Both the position numbers and the translations under genes were made by a program. The notes under the pieces are model-generated. The model saw only the letters and a program-made list of their open reading frames with translations. It ran no database searches and was not told the origin of the DNA. Source: Planctomycetota bacterium (GTDB lineage: Bacteria; Planctomycetota; JAJSAM01; JAJVHW01). From it: a DNA stretch of 64,000 bases. Positions 38,205 to 46,448 of this stretch are shown here, one piece after another. The first letter of the stretch is position 1, and every line of letters starts with the position of its first letter. The stretch lies in contig CBDFJG010000004.1 in the NCBI GenBank assembly GCA_965248445.1, positions 1,312,001-1,376,000 of the forward strand. Direction: 5' to 3'.

Positions 38205-38939
38205 ATGACCCAGATGATCGACGTGCTCGCCTTCGGAGCGCACCCCGACGACGTGGAGCTCGCCATCGGCGGGACCATGCTCCGGCTGCGGGATGCCGGG
38301 CTCGCGCTCGGGGTGGTCGACTTCACGCGGGGCGAGCGCGGGAGCCGCGGTACCCCCGAGACCCGCGCCGCCGAGGCCGCGAAGGCGACGGAGATCATGG
38401 GGCTGGCCTTCCGTGAGACGCTCGACTTCCCCGACACCGAGCTCCAGCCGACCCTCGAGCTCCGCCGGGCCGCAGTCGAGGCGATCCGCCGCCATCGGCC
38501 GAAGATCATCCTCGCGCCTCTCTCGCACGACCTCCACCCCGACCACGCGGCTGCGGGGCAGGCCGTTCACGACGCGTTTTACCCTTCGGGCATGCGCAAC
38601 GCTGACGCCGCGGGGGAGGCGTACCGGCCGCTGCGGCTACTCCAGTTCGCGATGCACCACGAGGAGGGCAACGGGGTCGTGGTCGACGTGACGTCCGTCT
38701 GGCAGGAGAGGTTGGAACTCGCGCAGTGCTTCGCCAGCCAGCTCCACGCGCCGCCGCCCGGCACCGAGGGGGCTGACTTCCCCACCCTGATCGCCCGCGG
38801 TGACTTCCTGTCGCGAATCGCCGCGCGGGCGCAGGTCTGGGGACGCCGCGCCGGCGTCGTGTTCGGCGAACCGCTCTATCCGCTCGGCGCGCTGCCGATC
38901 ACCGACCCGCTCGCACTGCTCGTGGAGCCTCTGTCGTGA
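38205..38939 (+). CDS. bshB1: GlcNAc-malate deacetylase BshB1
   Basis: AFGAHPDDVELAIGGT, TRGERGSRGT, HPDH. Confidence 0.9.
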   Translation: MTQMIDVLAFGAHPDDVELAIGGTMLRLRDAGLALGVVDFTRGERGSRGTPETRAAEAAKATEIMGLAFRETLDFPDTELQPTLELRRAAVEAIRRHRPKIILAPLSHDLHPDHAAAGQAVHDAFYPSGMRNADAAGEAYRPLRLLQFAMHHEEGNGVVVDVTSVWQERLELAQCFASQLHAPPPGTEGADFPTLIARGDFLSRIAARAQVWGRRAGVVFGEPLYPLGALPITDPLALLVEPLS

Positions 38940-40075
38940 GCGATCGCCTGCGCATCGGGATCTGCTGCTACCCGACGTACGGCGGCAGCGGCGCCGTCGC
39001 CACCGAGCTCGGGCTCGCGCTCGCGGCGCGCGGCCACGAAGTCCACTTCCTCTCCTATGCGCGCCCGGCCCGGCTCGCGGGGTTCCACGCCAACGTCACG
39101 TTCCACTCGGTCGAGGTCTCGCAGTACCCGCTGTTTCGGTACCCGCCCTACGACCTGGCGCTGGCGTCCGTGATGCGCGACGTAGCGGCTCATCACGATC
39201 TCGACGTGCTCCACGTCCACTACGCGATCCCCCACGCGGTCTCAGCCATCCTGGCGCGCGAGATGCTCGGCGGTGGCCGCCGCCCGCGCATCGTGACCAC
39301 CCTGCATGGCACGGACATCACGATCGTGGGCGCGGAGTCGACCTACGTCCACCCGACGCGCTTCGGAATCGATCGCAGCGACGCGGTCACGGCGGTCTCG
39401 GGCTGGCTGCGCAAGGAGACCGACCGGATCTTCGCGCCGAAGAACGACGTGCAGGTGGTCCCCAACTTCGTGGACGTCGAGCGCTTCAAGCCGATGCGGT
39501 GCGAGGCGACGCGCACGGGTCTCGGCTTGTGCGACGAGCTCTGTCTGGCCCACGTGTCGAACTTCCGCCCGGTCAAGCGTGTCGAGGATGTGGTCCGCAT
39601 CTTCGCCCGGGTCGCGCGCGAACTCCCCGCACGCCTCGTGCTGGCGGGCGACGGTCCCGAGCGCACCCGCGCCGAGGCGATCGCTCGCGAGGAGGGTGTG
39701 TTCGATCTCTGCCGGTTCCTCGGCGAACAAGAGGAGATCGAACGCGTGCTCGCGTGTGCGGACCTGTTCGTGCTCCCCAGCGAGTCGGAGTCGTTCGGAC
39801 TCGCCGCACTCGAAGCGATGGCCTGCGGCGTACCCGTGCTCGGGACGCGTGCGGGGGGGCTGCCCGAGGTCGTCGCCGACGGCGAGACCGGCATTCTGTT
39901 CGAGATCGGCGACATCGAGACAGCGGCGCGCGAGGCGGTTGCCCTGCTTCGTGACGACGCGCGGCGCACGAGGATGGGTGCGGCGGCGCGGGAGCGCGCC
40001 GTCGCGCGCTTCGCCGAGAGCGACGTGGTTGCGCAGTACGAGTCGCTCTACCGCGGCGCCGCAGCGCTCGTCTGA
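38936..40075 (+). CDS. bshA: GlcNAc-malate synthase BshA
   Basis: CYPTYGGSGAVATELG, HVHYAIPHA, TTLHGTDIT, SNFRPVKR, ESFGLAALEAM. Confidence 0.95.
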   Translation: MSDRLRIGICCYPTYGGSGAVATELGLALAARGHEVHFLSYARPARLAGFHANVTFHSVEVSQYPLFRYPPYDLALASVMRDVAAHHDLDVLHVHYAIPHAVSAILAREMLGGGRRPRIVTTLHGTDITIVGAESTYVHPTRFGIDRSDAVTAVSGWLRKETDRIFAPKNDVQVVPNFVDVERFKPMRCEATRTGLGLCDELCLAHVSNFRPVKRVEDVVRIFARVARELPARLVLAGDGPERTRAEAIAREEGVFDLCRFLGEQEEIERVLACADLFVLPSESESFGLAALEAMACGVPVLGTRAGGLPEVVADGETGILFEIGDIETAAREAVALLRDDARRTRMGAAARERAVARFAESDVVAQYESLYRGAAALV

Positions 40076-41319
40076 GCAGCGCTGGTCTGATCAGTGCTCG
40101 TCGGAGCAGCGTTCGTCGGGTCCGAGGTCGCTGCGTCGAGCAGTTCGGCGAGCATCCCGTCCGCCAGCTCGAAGCCCCGCGCCGTGAACGCGACCCACGG
40201 CCCCGTCTCGCTCTCCTGCACCGTCAGGAGGCCCGCGTCTGCAAAACGGCTGAGATGCGCGTCAAAAGCGTGTTTGACGTCGATGCCGTGCCGTCGCTCC
40301 AGCAGCGCCAGCGGCGCCCCCTCGCGGGTCCGCAGGCGCAGCATCAGTTCCTCGGCGAGCGCGTGGACCGGCGTGAGTGGGCCGTCCACCTCACCGGTCG
40401 CTTCGCCGGTCGCGAGGGCACGGCTCTGCCAAGTGCGCCAGTCGGCGACGTTGCGCCGCCGTGTGCGGTCCGTGTGGGTCACCGCGGAGGGACCGAGGCC
40501 GATGTACTCGCCGTTGCGCCACGTGGCCTGGTTGTGCCGGCATGTGTGACCCGGCCGAGCGAAGTTCGACACCTCGTAGCGCAGAAGTCCAGCCTCGCCG
40601 AGGCGGTCTTCCGCGATGCGCATCATCGAGAGTTCTTTCTCGTCGTCCTCGGGCGTGACGAGGCCCGCATCGCGCTTCGCCGTCAACGCCGTCCCGGGTT
40701 CGTAGATCAGCGCGTACGCGGACACGTGATCCGTCCCGAGACGCACCGCTTCGTCGAGATCGCGGCGGAACGTGTCGACACCCTGTCCGGGAATGGCGAA
40801 CAGGAGATCAACCGAGACGTCGGTCGCGCCGGCGGCGCGCGCGATCTCGACCGCGCGACGCGCTTCGTGCGGCGTGTGCACGCGCCCCACCGAACGCAAC
40901 ACGTCAGCGTCAAAGCTCTGAACACCGATTGAAAAGCGCGTTACACCCGCATCGAGCATCGCGCGCGCCTTCTCGGCGGACAAGCTGTTCGGGTTGCACT
41001 CGACAGTCCACTCGTGCAGCCGTCCGGAACGTTTCACGTGAGACAAAACCAGCGCGAGCATCGCGTCGAAATCGGGCATGTCGAGAGCCGTCGGTGTACC
41101 GCCTCCGATGAACACGGTTGCGGGCGCGAAGTCATGCGGAACGCGGTGTTCTGCCTCGCGTGCGAGCGCGTCCACGAAGCGGTGCGACGTCACGTCGCCG
41201 CGCGCGACGGAGTAGAAGTCGCAGTAGCTGCACTTCGCCTCGCAGTACGGAACGTGCACGTACAGTCCCGGTGCGTCGCGGGTCTCGCGCGCGGCCAGTG
41301 CGTCGAGTGGATCGCTCAC
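40048..41319 (-). CDS. hemW: Radical SAM heme chaperone HemW
   Basis: LYVHVPYCEAKCSYCDF, IGGGTPT, SIGVQSF, YEVSNFA, HNQATW; GTGA overlap with the sigma gene stop. Confidence 0.85.
   Translation of the reverse strand: MSDPLDALAARETRDAPGLYVHVPYCEAKCSYCDFYSVARGDVTSHRFVDALAREAEHRVPHDFAPATVFIGGGTPTALDMPDFDAMLALVLSHVKRSGRLHEWTVECNPNSLSAEKARAMLDAGVTRFSIGVQSFDADVLRSVGRVHTPHEARRAVEIARAAGATDVSVDLLFAIPGQGVDTFRRDLDEAVRLGTDHVSAYALIYEPGTALTAKRDAGLVTPEDDEKELSMMRIAEDRLGEAGLLRYEVSNFARPGHTCRHNQATWRNGEYIGLGPSAVTHTDRTRRRNVADWRTWQSRALATGEATGEVDGPLTPVHALAEELMLRLRTREGAPLALLERRHGIDVKHAFDAHLSRFADAGLLTVQESETGPWVAFTARGFELADGMLAELLDAATSDPTNAAPTSTDQTSAAQTSAAAPR
41030..41045. promoter_or_regulatory. parS-like site inside hemW
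   Basis: CGTTTCACGTGAGACA; one core mismatch to GTTTCACGTGAAAC. Confidence 0.65.
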
Positions 41320-42149
41320 GACGCGGCGTCGTCGTCGCCGGCGAAAGCGACATTCAGCTTGCGTAGCGCGCGGCTCTCGATCTGTCGCACACGCTCGCGG
41401 GAGATCCCAAATCGCTCGCCGATCTCGCGCAGCGTCAACGGCCCTTCCTCTTCCTCGATCCCGAAGCGCAACTTCAAGATCTCCGCTTCGCGGGGATCGA
41501 TGGCCTCGAGCAACTGACCGAGCTTCTCGAGTTCCTGCGTGTCGAGGAGCCACTCGTCGGGCGGTGTCACGTTGCGATCGGGGATCGTGTCGCGCTCTCC
41601 GGCGAGCGCCTCGATCGAGACGGGTTCCTTCTCGTTGCGCGCCGCCCGTTCGGCGCGGCGCACGAGGCCGATCTTGGACTCCTCCACACCCATCAAGCTG
41701 GCGACCTCGTGGATCGTCGGCTTGCGATGGTGCTCCTCCTCGAACTGCAGCGACGCCGTCTTCCAACGGGAGATCAGCTCGACCATGTACGACGGCACGC
41801 GGATCGTCTTCGCCGTGTTCACGATCGCCCTGCGGATGGACTGTTTGATCCACCAGGTGGCGTAGGTGCTGAAGCGTGTCTCGGCATACGGATCGAAGCG
41901 CTCGACCGCCTTCACGAGACCGACGTTGCCCTCCTCGATCAGGTCGAGGAGGGACAGACCGCGGCGCCGGTAGCGCTTGGCGATCGAGACCACCAGGCGC
42001 AGGTTCGCGCGGATCATGTGCTCGCGCGCCTCGGGGTCCCCGGACTGGACGACGATCCCGAGCTCGTGCTCCTCGTCGGCCGTGAGGAGCGGCACTCGGG
42101 CGATGTCCTTCAGGTAACTCTCGAGCGCGTCGTCGGGGGCTCGGCTCAG
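41316..42149 (-). CDS. Sigma-70 family factor (RpoD/RpoS-like, regions 1.2-4), probable CTG start
   Basis: ESYLKDIARVPLLT, ANLRLVVSIAK, DLIEEGNVGL, FSTYATWWI, SRERVRQIE. Confidence 0.9.
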   Translation of the reverse strand: MSRAPDDALESYLKDIARVPLLTADEEHELGIVVQSGDPEAREHMIRANLRLVVSIAKRYRRRGLSLLDLIEEGNVGLVKAVERFDPYAETRFSTYATWWIKQSIRRAIVNTAKTIRVPSYMVELISRWKTASLQFEEEHHRKPTIHEVASLMGVEESKIGLVRRAERAARNEKEPVSIEALAGERDTIPDRNVTPPDEWLLDTQELEKLGQLLEAIDPREAEILKLRFGIEEEEGPLTLREIGERFGISRERVRQIESRALRKLNVAFAGDDDAAS

Positions 42150-42224
42150 GGCGTCCTCCGCAGGAGAGAGCGCGCAGGCAGCGGGTGCGCGATGGGGCGC
42201 GTCATTGTGCGCGCCCAGGCGCCG

Positions 42225-43631
42225 TCAATAGGCGTTCTTCCCGATCAGGACCTGCACGGTCGTGCGTCCCAGGATCTCGATGTCGAACAGCAGGCTCCAC
42301 CGATCGATGTACTCGAGGTCGTAGCGCAAGCGGTCCTCGAGCGAACTCCCCCCGCGCAGTCCGTGCACCTGAGCCCAACCGGTCATCCCGGACTTGACAG
42401 AGTGGCGTAAGTTATAGCCAGGAAAAGAGTTGTGGAACTCTTGTACGAAGGTCTCCCGCTCGGGCCGGGGCCCCACGAGGCTCATGTCTCCGCGGAGGAC
42501 GTTCACGAGTTGAGGCAGTTCGTCGAGCGACAGCCGGCGCAGCACGCGCCCGAGTCCCGTGACCCGCGGGTCACCCTTGTGAGCGAAGACCGGCCCGCTC
42601 GCGGACTCGGCACCCGCCCGCATCGTGCGGAACTTCAGCATCCGGAACCGTCGACCGTCGAGCCCCATGCGTTCCTGCGCATAGAGCGCCGCCCCCCGGG
42701 ACGTCAGACGCACCAGCACCGCGAGCAGCAGGAGCAACGGCGAGAGCACGACCAGCAGCGTCAGGGCGAGCAGGATGTCGATCGCGCGCTTGAGACCTGC
42801 CCGCGCTCCGTGCAGCGGTCGCTCGCGCACCGAGACCATGGGGACGCCGCCGATGACGCCAGCGGTCGCGTTGACCAGGACCGCGCCTCCGAGATCCGGC
42901 GCTACATGTACATCGACTGTCAGGTTTTCCAGACGACTGAGCCATGCGGGAGCCTGGGCGAACTCCGAGGCAGGCGGCGCGAGGATGACCTCGTCGATGC
43001 GGTCTTCCTCGACCCGATCGATCAGGGCGTCGAGGCTCGCGAACCGCTCGGCCTCCGACCAGGCGTCGACCTCTCCATCTACTGACCAGACGCTGGTCAC
43101 GGCGCCGCCGTGGAACGGATCGTCGGCGAGCGCCGTGGCCAGGCGAGTGGCGGTGGCTTGCCCCACCACGACGGCCACCCTACGCCGGCGGCGGGGGTCG
43201 CGGCGCAGCCGCGCAACGAGGCCGGTCGCGGCGCTTCGTAGGAGCCACGCCAGGGGCACGAACAGCGTCGCGCCGAGCGCGAGCGTGACGCGGCTGTACT
43301 GGAACACGTCCTCGTAGAGCACGCGGGTCGACAGCAGCAGGGCGCCCAGCAACAGGCCGGCGCGCAAGCTGACCCGCAGCTGCCCGTCGCGGCGGAGGAC
43401 CTGCGGCCTGTAGGCGCCGACCAGGGCAGCGGCGGCGATCGCCAGCACGATGATCGCGGGCAGCGCCGCCGCGTAGTGCGCGGGCAGGATGTCGGTCCGC
43501 CCGGTGACCGGGATCCAGGCCTCGAGGGGACTGTGGAAGCGCAGGGCGTAGGCGGCGCCGCCGGCGAACGCTGCGGCTAGTCCGTCAGCCGCGAGCAGGA
43601 GGAGGCGGGGCAGATTGCCGTGGCGACGCAT
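42225..43631 (-). CDS. Polyprenyl-phosphate glycosylphosphotransferase (WcaJ-like)
   Basis: KRAIDI, KFRTM, DPRVT, SLDELPQ, MSLVGPRPE, GMTGWAQV. Confidence 0.9.
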   Translation of the reverse strand: MRRHGNLPRLLLLAADGLAAAFAGGAAYALRFHSPLEAWIPVTGRTDILPAHYAAALPAIIVLAIAAAALVGAYRPQVLRRDGQLRVSLRAGLLLGALLLSTRVLYEDVFQYSRVTLALGATLFVPLAWLLRSAATGLVARLRRDPRRRRRVAVVVGQATATRLATALADDPFHGGAVTSVWSVDGEVDAWSEAERFASLDALIDRVEEDRIDEVILAPPASEFAQAPAWLSRLENLTVDVHVAPDLGGAVLVNATAGVIGGVPMVSVRERPLHGARAGLKRAIDILLALTLLVVLSPLLLLLAVLVRLTSRGAALYAQERMGLDGRRFRMLKFRTMRAGAESASGPVFAHKGDPRVTGLGRVLRRLSLDELPQLVNVLRGDMSLVGPRPERETFVQEFHNSFPGYNLRHSVKSGMTGWAQVHGLRGGSSLEDRLRYDLEYIDRWSLLFDIEILGRTTVQVLIGKNAY

Positions 43632-43760
43632 GACCGGTCAGGCCCGGCAATCTAACTCCCCGGGCACCGCCTACGCCCAGCGCAGTGTGACTCCAGAGCA
43701 ACGGGGACTCCCGTGCAACTCTGAGTTCCGCGCAAACTGGGCCTCCCCGCAACCGGGGAG

Positions 43761-44486
43761 TCAGTCGCCGACCTTGATCCTCTCGGCGAGGGGTGCAGGG
43801 AGCCCGGCGGCCAGGATCTTCGCCGAGGCGGCTTCGATGTCGTACTCGACGCGGTGCAGCGTGACCCGCCGCTTCACCGTGTCGTAGATCGCGAACGCGG
43901 CGAGCGGGTTCTTGTCTCGCGGCTGGCCCACGCTGCCTGGATTGACGATCGCTTTCTCCACTCGGGTGAGGTCGATCACATCGGCCCACGTGAAGCCGAC
44001 ACCGCCCCGCTCGAGAAACGTGATGGGGATATGAGAGTGCCCCACGAAACAGAGCGGTTTGGCGAGCGCCTTCATCGAGAGGATCGCGTCGTACGAAGTC
44101 AGCAGGTAATCGAAGTTCGCCGGATCGTGCACGGTGCTGTGGACGATGAGCGTCTTGCGATCGACGTCGGCCTGGAGGGGCCGGTCCGCAAGCCACTTGA
44201 TGTCGTCCGCCGAGAGCTGTTCCCGGGTCCAGTGGATGGCCGCCCGGGCGTGCGCGTTGAAGAACTCCATCGACAGGGTGCCGGCCACCGCCCAGTCGTG
44301 ATTGCCGGCCACGGTGATGTCGCAGAGCTCGCGGATGCGGTCGAGGCAGTGCTTGGGGTCCGCGCCGTAGCCCACGATGTCGCCGGCACACACGTAGTGG
44401 TCGATCCGCTCGCTCTCGAGCGCGGTGAGAACCGCCTCGAGGGCTTCCCGGTTGCTGTGGATGTCGGCGAGAACGGCGTAACGCAA
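43761..44486 (-). CDS. Calcineurin-like metallophosphoesterase
   Basis: DIHSN, GDIVGYG, GNHD, GHSH, NPGSVGQPRD. Confidence 0.9.
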   Translation of the reverse strand: MRYAVLADIHSNREALEAVLTALESERIDHYVCAGDIVGYGADPKHCLDRIRELCDITVAGNHDWAVAGTLSMEFFNAHARAAIHWTREQLSADDIKWLADRPLQADVDRKTLIVHSTVHDPANFDYLLTSYDAILSMKALAKPLCFVGHSHIPITFLERGGVGFTWADVIDLTRVEKAIVNPGSVGQPRDKNPLAAFAIYDTVKRRVTLHRVEYDIEAASAKILAAGLPAPLAERIKVGD

Positions 44487-44599
44487 CGACCGCGTGCTCC
44501 CTTATCCCGATTGACCCCCACCCACTTCTGCCTGCATGGAGGTTACGACAGCGCGCGCGGCGTGGTCAGAAGAACGCGCGGAAACCGCTCGCCGGACCC

Positions 44600-45412
44600 T
44601 CATCTCGTGGAGGCGTCGCCACGGCGCGCAACGACATACGACGCGAACAACCACAGCCCAGCGGCTTGCACGAGCGCGGCGGCCGTAGCGAGCAGGAGTG
44701 CGCTCGATGGTGGAAGGGCCGCGCGGGCCAGTTGCCTCGAGACGTCGAGCCTCCCCGGGTCCGGCAGGATGCTGCGCAGTGTAAAGCCGTCTGGCGATGC
44801 GGGGAGCGCGCGGAGGGCGAGCACCGCTCCCGCCGCGAGGACGGCACCCGCACGCGCCCCGCTCAGCGATCCGAGCGCCATGCCCAGGGTGAGGGCGAGG
44901 AGGGCACTCACGCCTGACGTCGCGACGAGCACACCGAGCGCGCTCGCGTCCAAGGCGCCCTCCCCGCCTCGGTGCAGGACGAGAGCCAGCGCCCCGACGA
45001 GTGTCAGGCCGAGCAGGCCTGCCCCCACCGCGCCAAGCGCTCCCAGGAGGCGCGCCAGCAGGAGCGTAGGAACACCCAAGGGCGAGGCGCGCAGGCTCGC
45101 CGAGGCACCGAATCCGGCCTCGGGGTCCACCACGACCGCGCCGCTCGCCGCGGCAGCGAGGCCGGTGACCACCAGCACCGTTGCTGCCACGAGTTCCCGG
45201 GCGAGCAGACCGCCGTCGTCAAGCGCGCGTACTGTGGTCGCCGGGAGAACGAGGAGAAGGGCCGCAGCCGCGACGAACAGGAGCCGCACGCCGGGACGCC
45301 GGACCAGATCGCGCAGCGTGGCGGTTGCCAGCGCGCCGACGGCCGCAGGAGCGCCCGGGCTGCTCGCGCCGGAAAACACGACATGTTGAGGTGTTTCACG
45401 TGAAACGGTCAA
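44600..45412 (-). CDS. ABC-2-type permease-like membrane protein
   Basis: Hydrophobic; ALATATLRDLVRRP, ASPLGVPTLLLARLLG; start uncertain. Confidence 0.55.
   Translation of the reverse strand: MTVSRETPQHVVFSGASSPGAPAAVGALATATLRDLVRRPGVRLLFVAAAALLLVLPATTVRALDDGGLLARELVAATVLVVTGLAAAASGAVVVDPEAGFGASASLRASPLGVPTLLLARLLGALGAVGAGLLGLTLVGALALVLHRGGEGALDASALGVLVATSGVSALLALTLGMALGSLSGARAGAVLAAGAVLALRALPASPDGFTLRSILPDPGRLDVSRQLARAALPPSSALLLATAAALVQAAGLWLFASYVVARRGDASTR
45392..45407. promoter_or_regulatory. parS site
   Basis: TGTTTCACGTGAAACG, upstream of parB. Confidence 0.88.
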
Positions 45413-45514
45413 CCGGTAGTCCCTTCTTCCCAGCGTCCCTCCGGCATTCTACGATGTGGGCCCACCGGACGAACGCGGCCACCCTGGCCGACGTGACAGC
45501 GCAGGAGGTGTTGC

Positions 45515-46372
45515 TTGGTGCAACGTAGACTCGGACGTGGACTCGATTACCTGATCTCTGGACAGTCCCGATCCGCGGCGACGGACGAGGTCGTGCAGCT
45601 CGAGGTGAAGGAGGTCAGTCCGAACCCCTTCCAACCTCGCCGTGTCTTCAGCGACGAGCAGTTGGAGGAGCTCTCGAACTCGATTCTCGAGCACGGGGTC
45701 CTGCAGCCGGTCGTGGTGCGCCGCACGAGCGGCGGCTTCGAACTGATCGCCGGCGAGCGGCGGGTCCGCGCCTGCCAGCGGGTCGGACGGGAGCGGATCC
45801 CGGCGATCGTGCGGACGGCGACCGACGACGAGATGCTCGAGCTGGCACTCGTCGAGAACCTGCAGCGACAGGATCTGAACGCGGTCGAGACGGCCATCGC
45901 CTTTCGGGCGTTCATCGATCGCCTGGGCCTCACGCAAGAGGAGGCGGCACACCGTCTCGGCAAGAGTCGGTCCGCCATCGCGAATACGCTCCGGCTCTTG
46001 GAGCTGGCCGACGAGATCCAGGAGATGGTGGTCTCCGGCGCTCTGTCGAGCGGGCACGCGCGGGCACTCCTCGCGATCGAGGACCCTGCCGAGCGGGTGG
46101 CGCTCGCCAGGCAGGTCCGGGCGAAGGGGCTCTCGGTGCGCGATCTCGAGCGGGTCGGCCGGCGGGGCAAGGGCGCGACCGACGGCAAGTCCCGCAAGGA
46201 CTCGTTGTCGTCCGGTTCATCCGCCTACTACGAGGACCTCGAGACGCAGTTGCGGCAGTCGCTCGGGACGCGCGTTCGGCTTCAGCCGCGGGGCAAAAAG
46301 GGCCGGATCGTCATCGAGTACTTCTCGGCAGAGGACCTCGAGCGCCTGCTCGGGGTGCTGGTTTCGGACTGA
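45515..46372 (+). CDS. parB: Chromosome partitioning protein ParB
   Basis: LGRGL, PNPFQPR, GVLQP, IAGERR, LVENLQRQDLN, SAIANTLRLL. Confidence 0.96.
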   Translation: MVQRRLGRGLDYLISGQSRSAATDEVVQLEVKEVSPNPFQPRRVFSDEQLEELSNSILEHGVLQPVVVRRTSGGFELIAGERRVRACQRVGRERIPAIVRTATDDEMLELALVENLQRQDLNAVETAIAFRAFIDRLGLTQEEAAHRLGKSRSAIANTLRLLELADEIQEMVVSGALSSGHARALLAIEDPAERVALARQVRAKGLSVRDLERVGRRGKGATDGKSRKDSLSSGSSAYYEDLETQLRQSLGTRVRLQPRGKKGRIVIEYFSAEDLERLLGVLVSD

Positions 46373-46393
46373 TCCGAGCCTGAGAGGGGCCTG

Positions 46394-46429
46394 AACGCCG
46401 TCTCCGGTCAGCTGACCGGAGACGGCGTT
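46394..46429. terminator. Perfect 36-bp palindrome between convergent genes (likely bidirectional terminator)
   Basis: aacgccgtctccggtcag|ctgaccggagacggcgtt. Confidence 0.7.
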
Positions 46430-46441
46430 TCACGTGAAACA
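46426..46441. promoter_or_regulatory. parS site
   Basis: CGTTTCACGTGAAACA, downstream of parB. Confidence 0.88.
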
Positions 46442-46448
46442 AGGTCCT

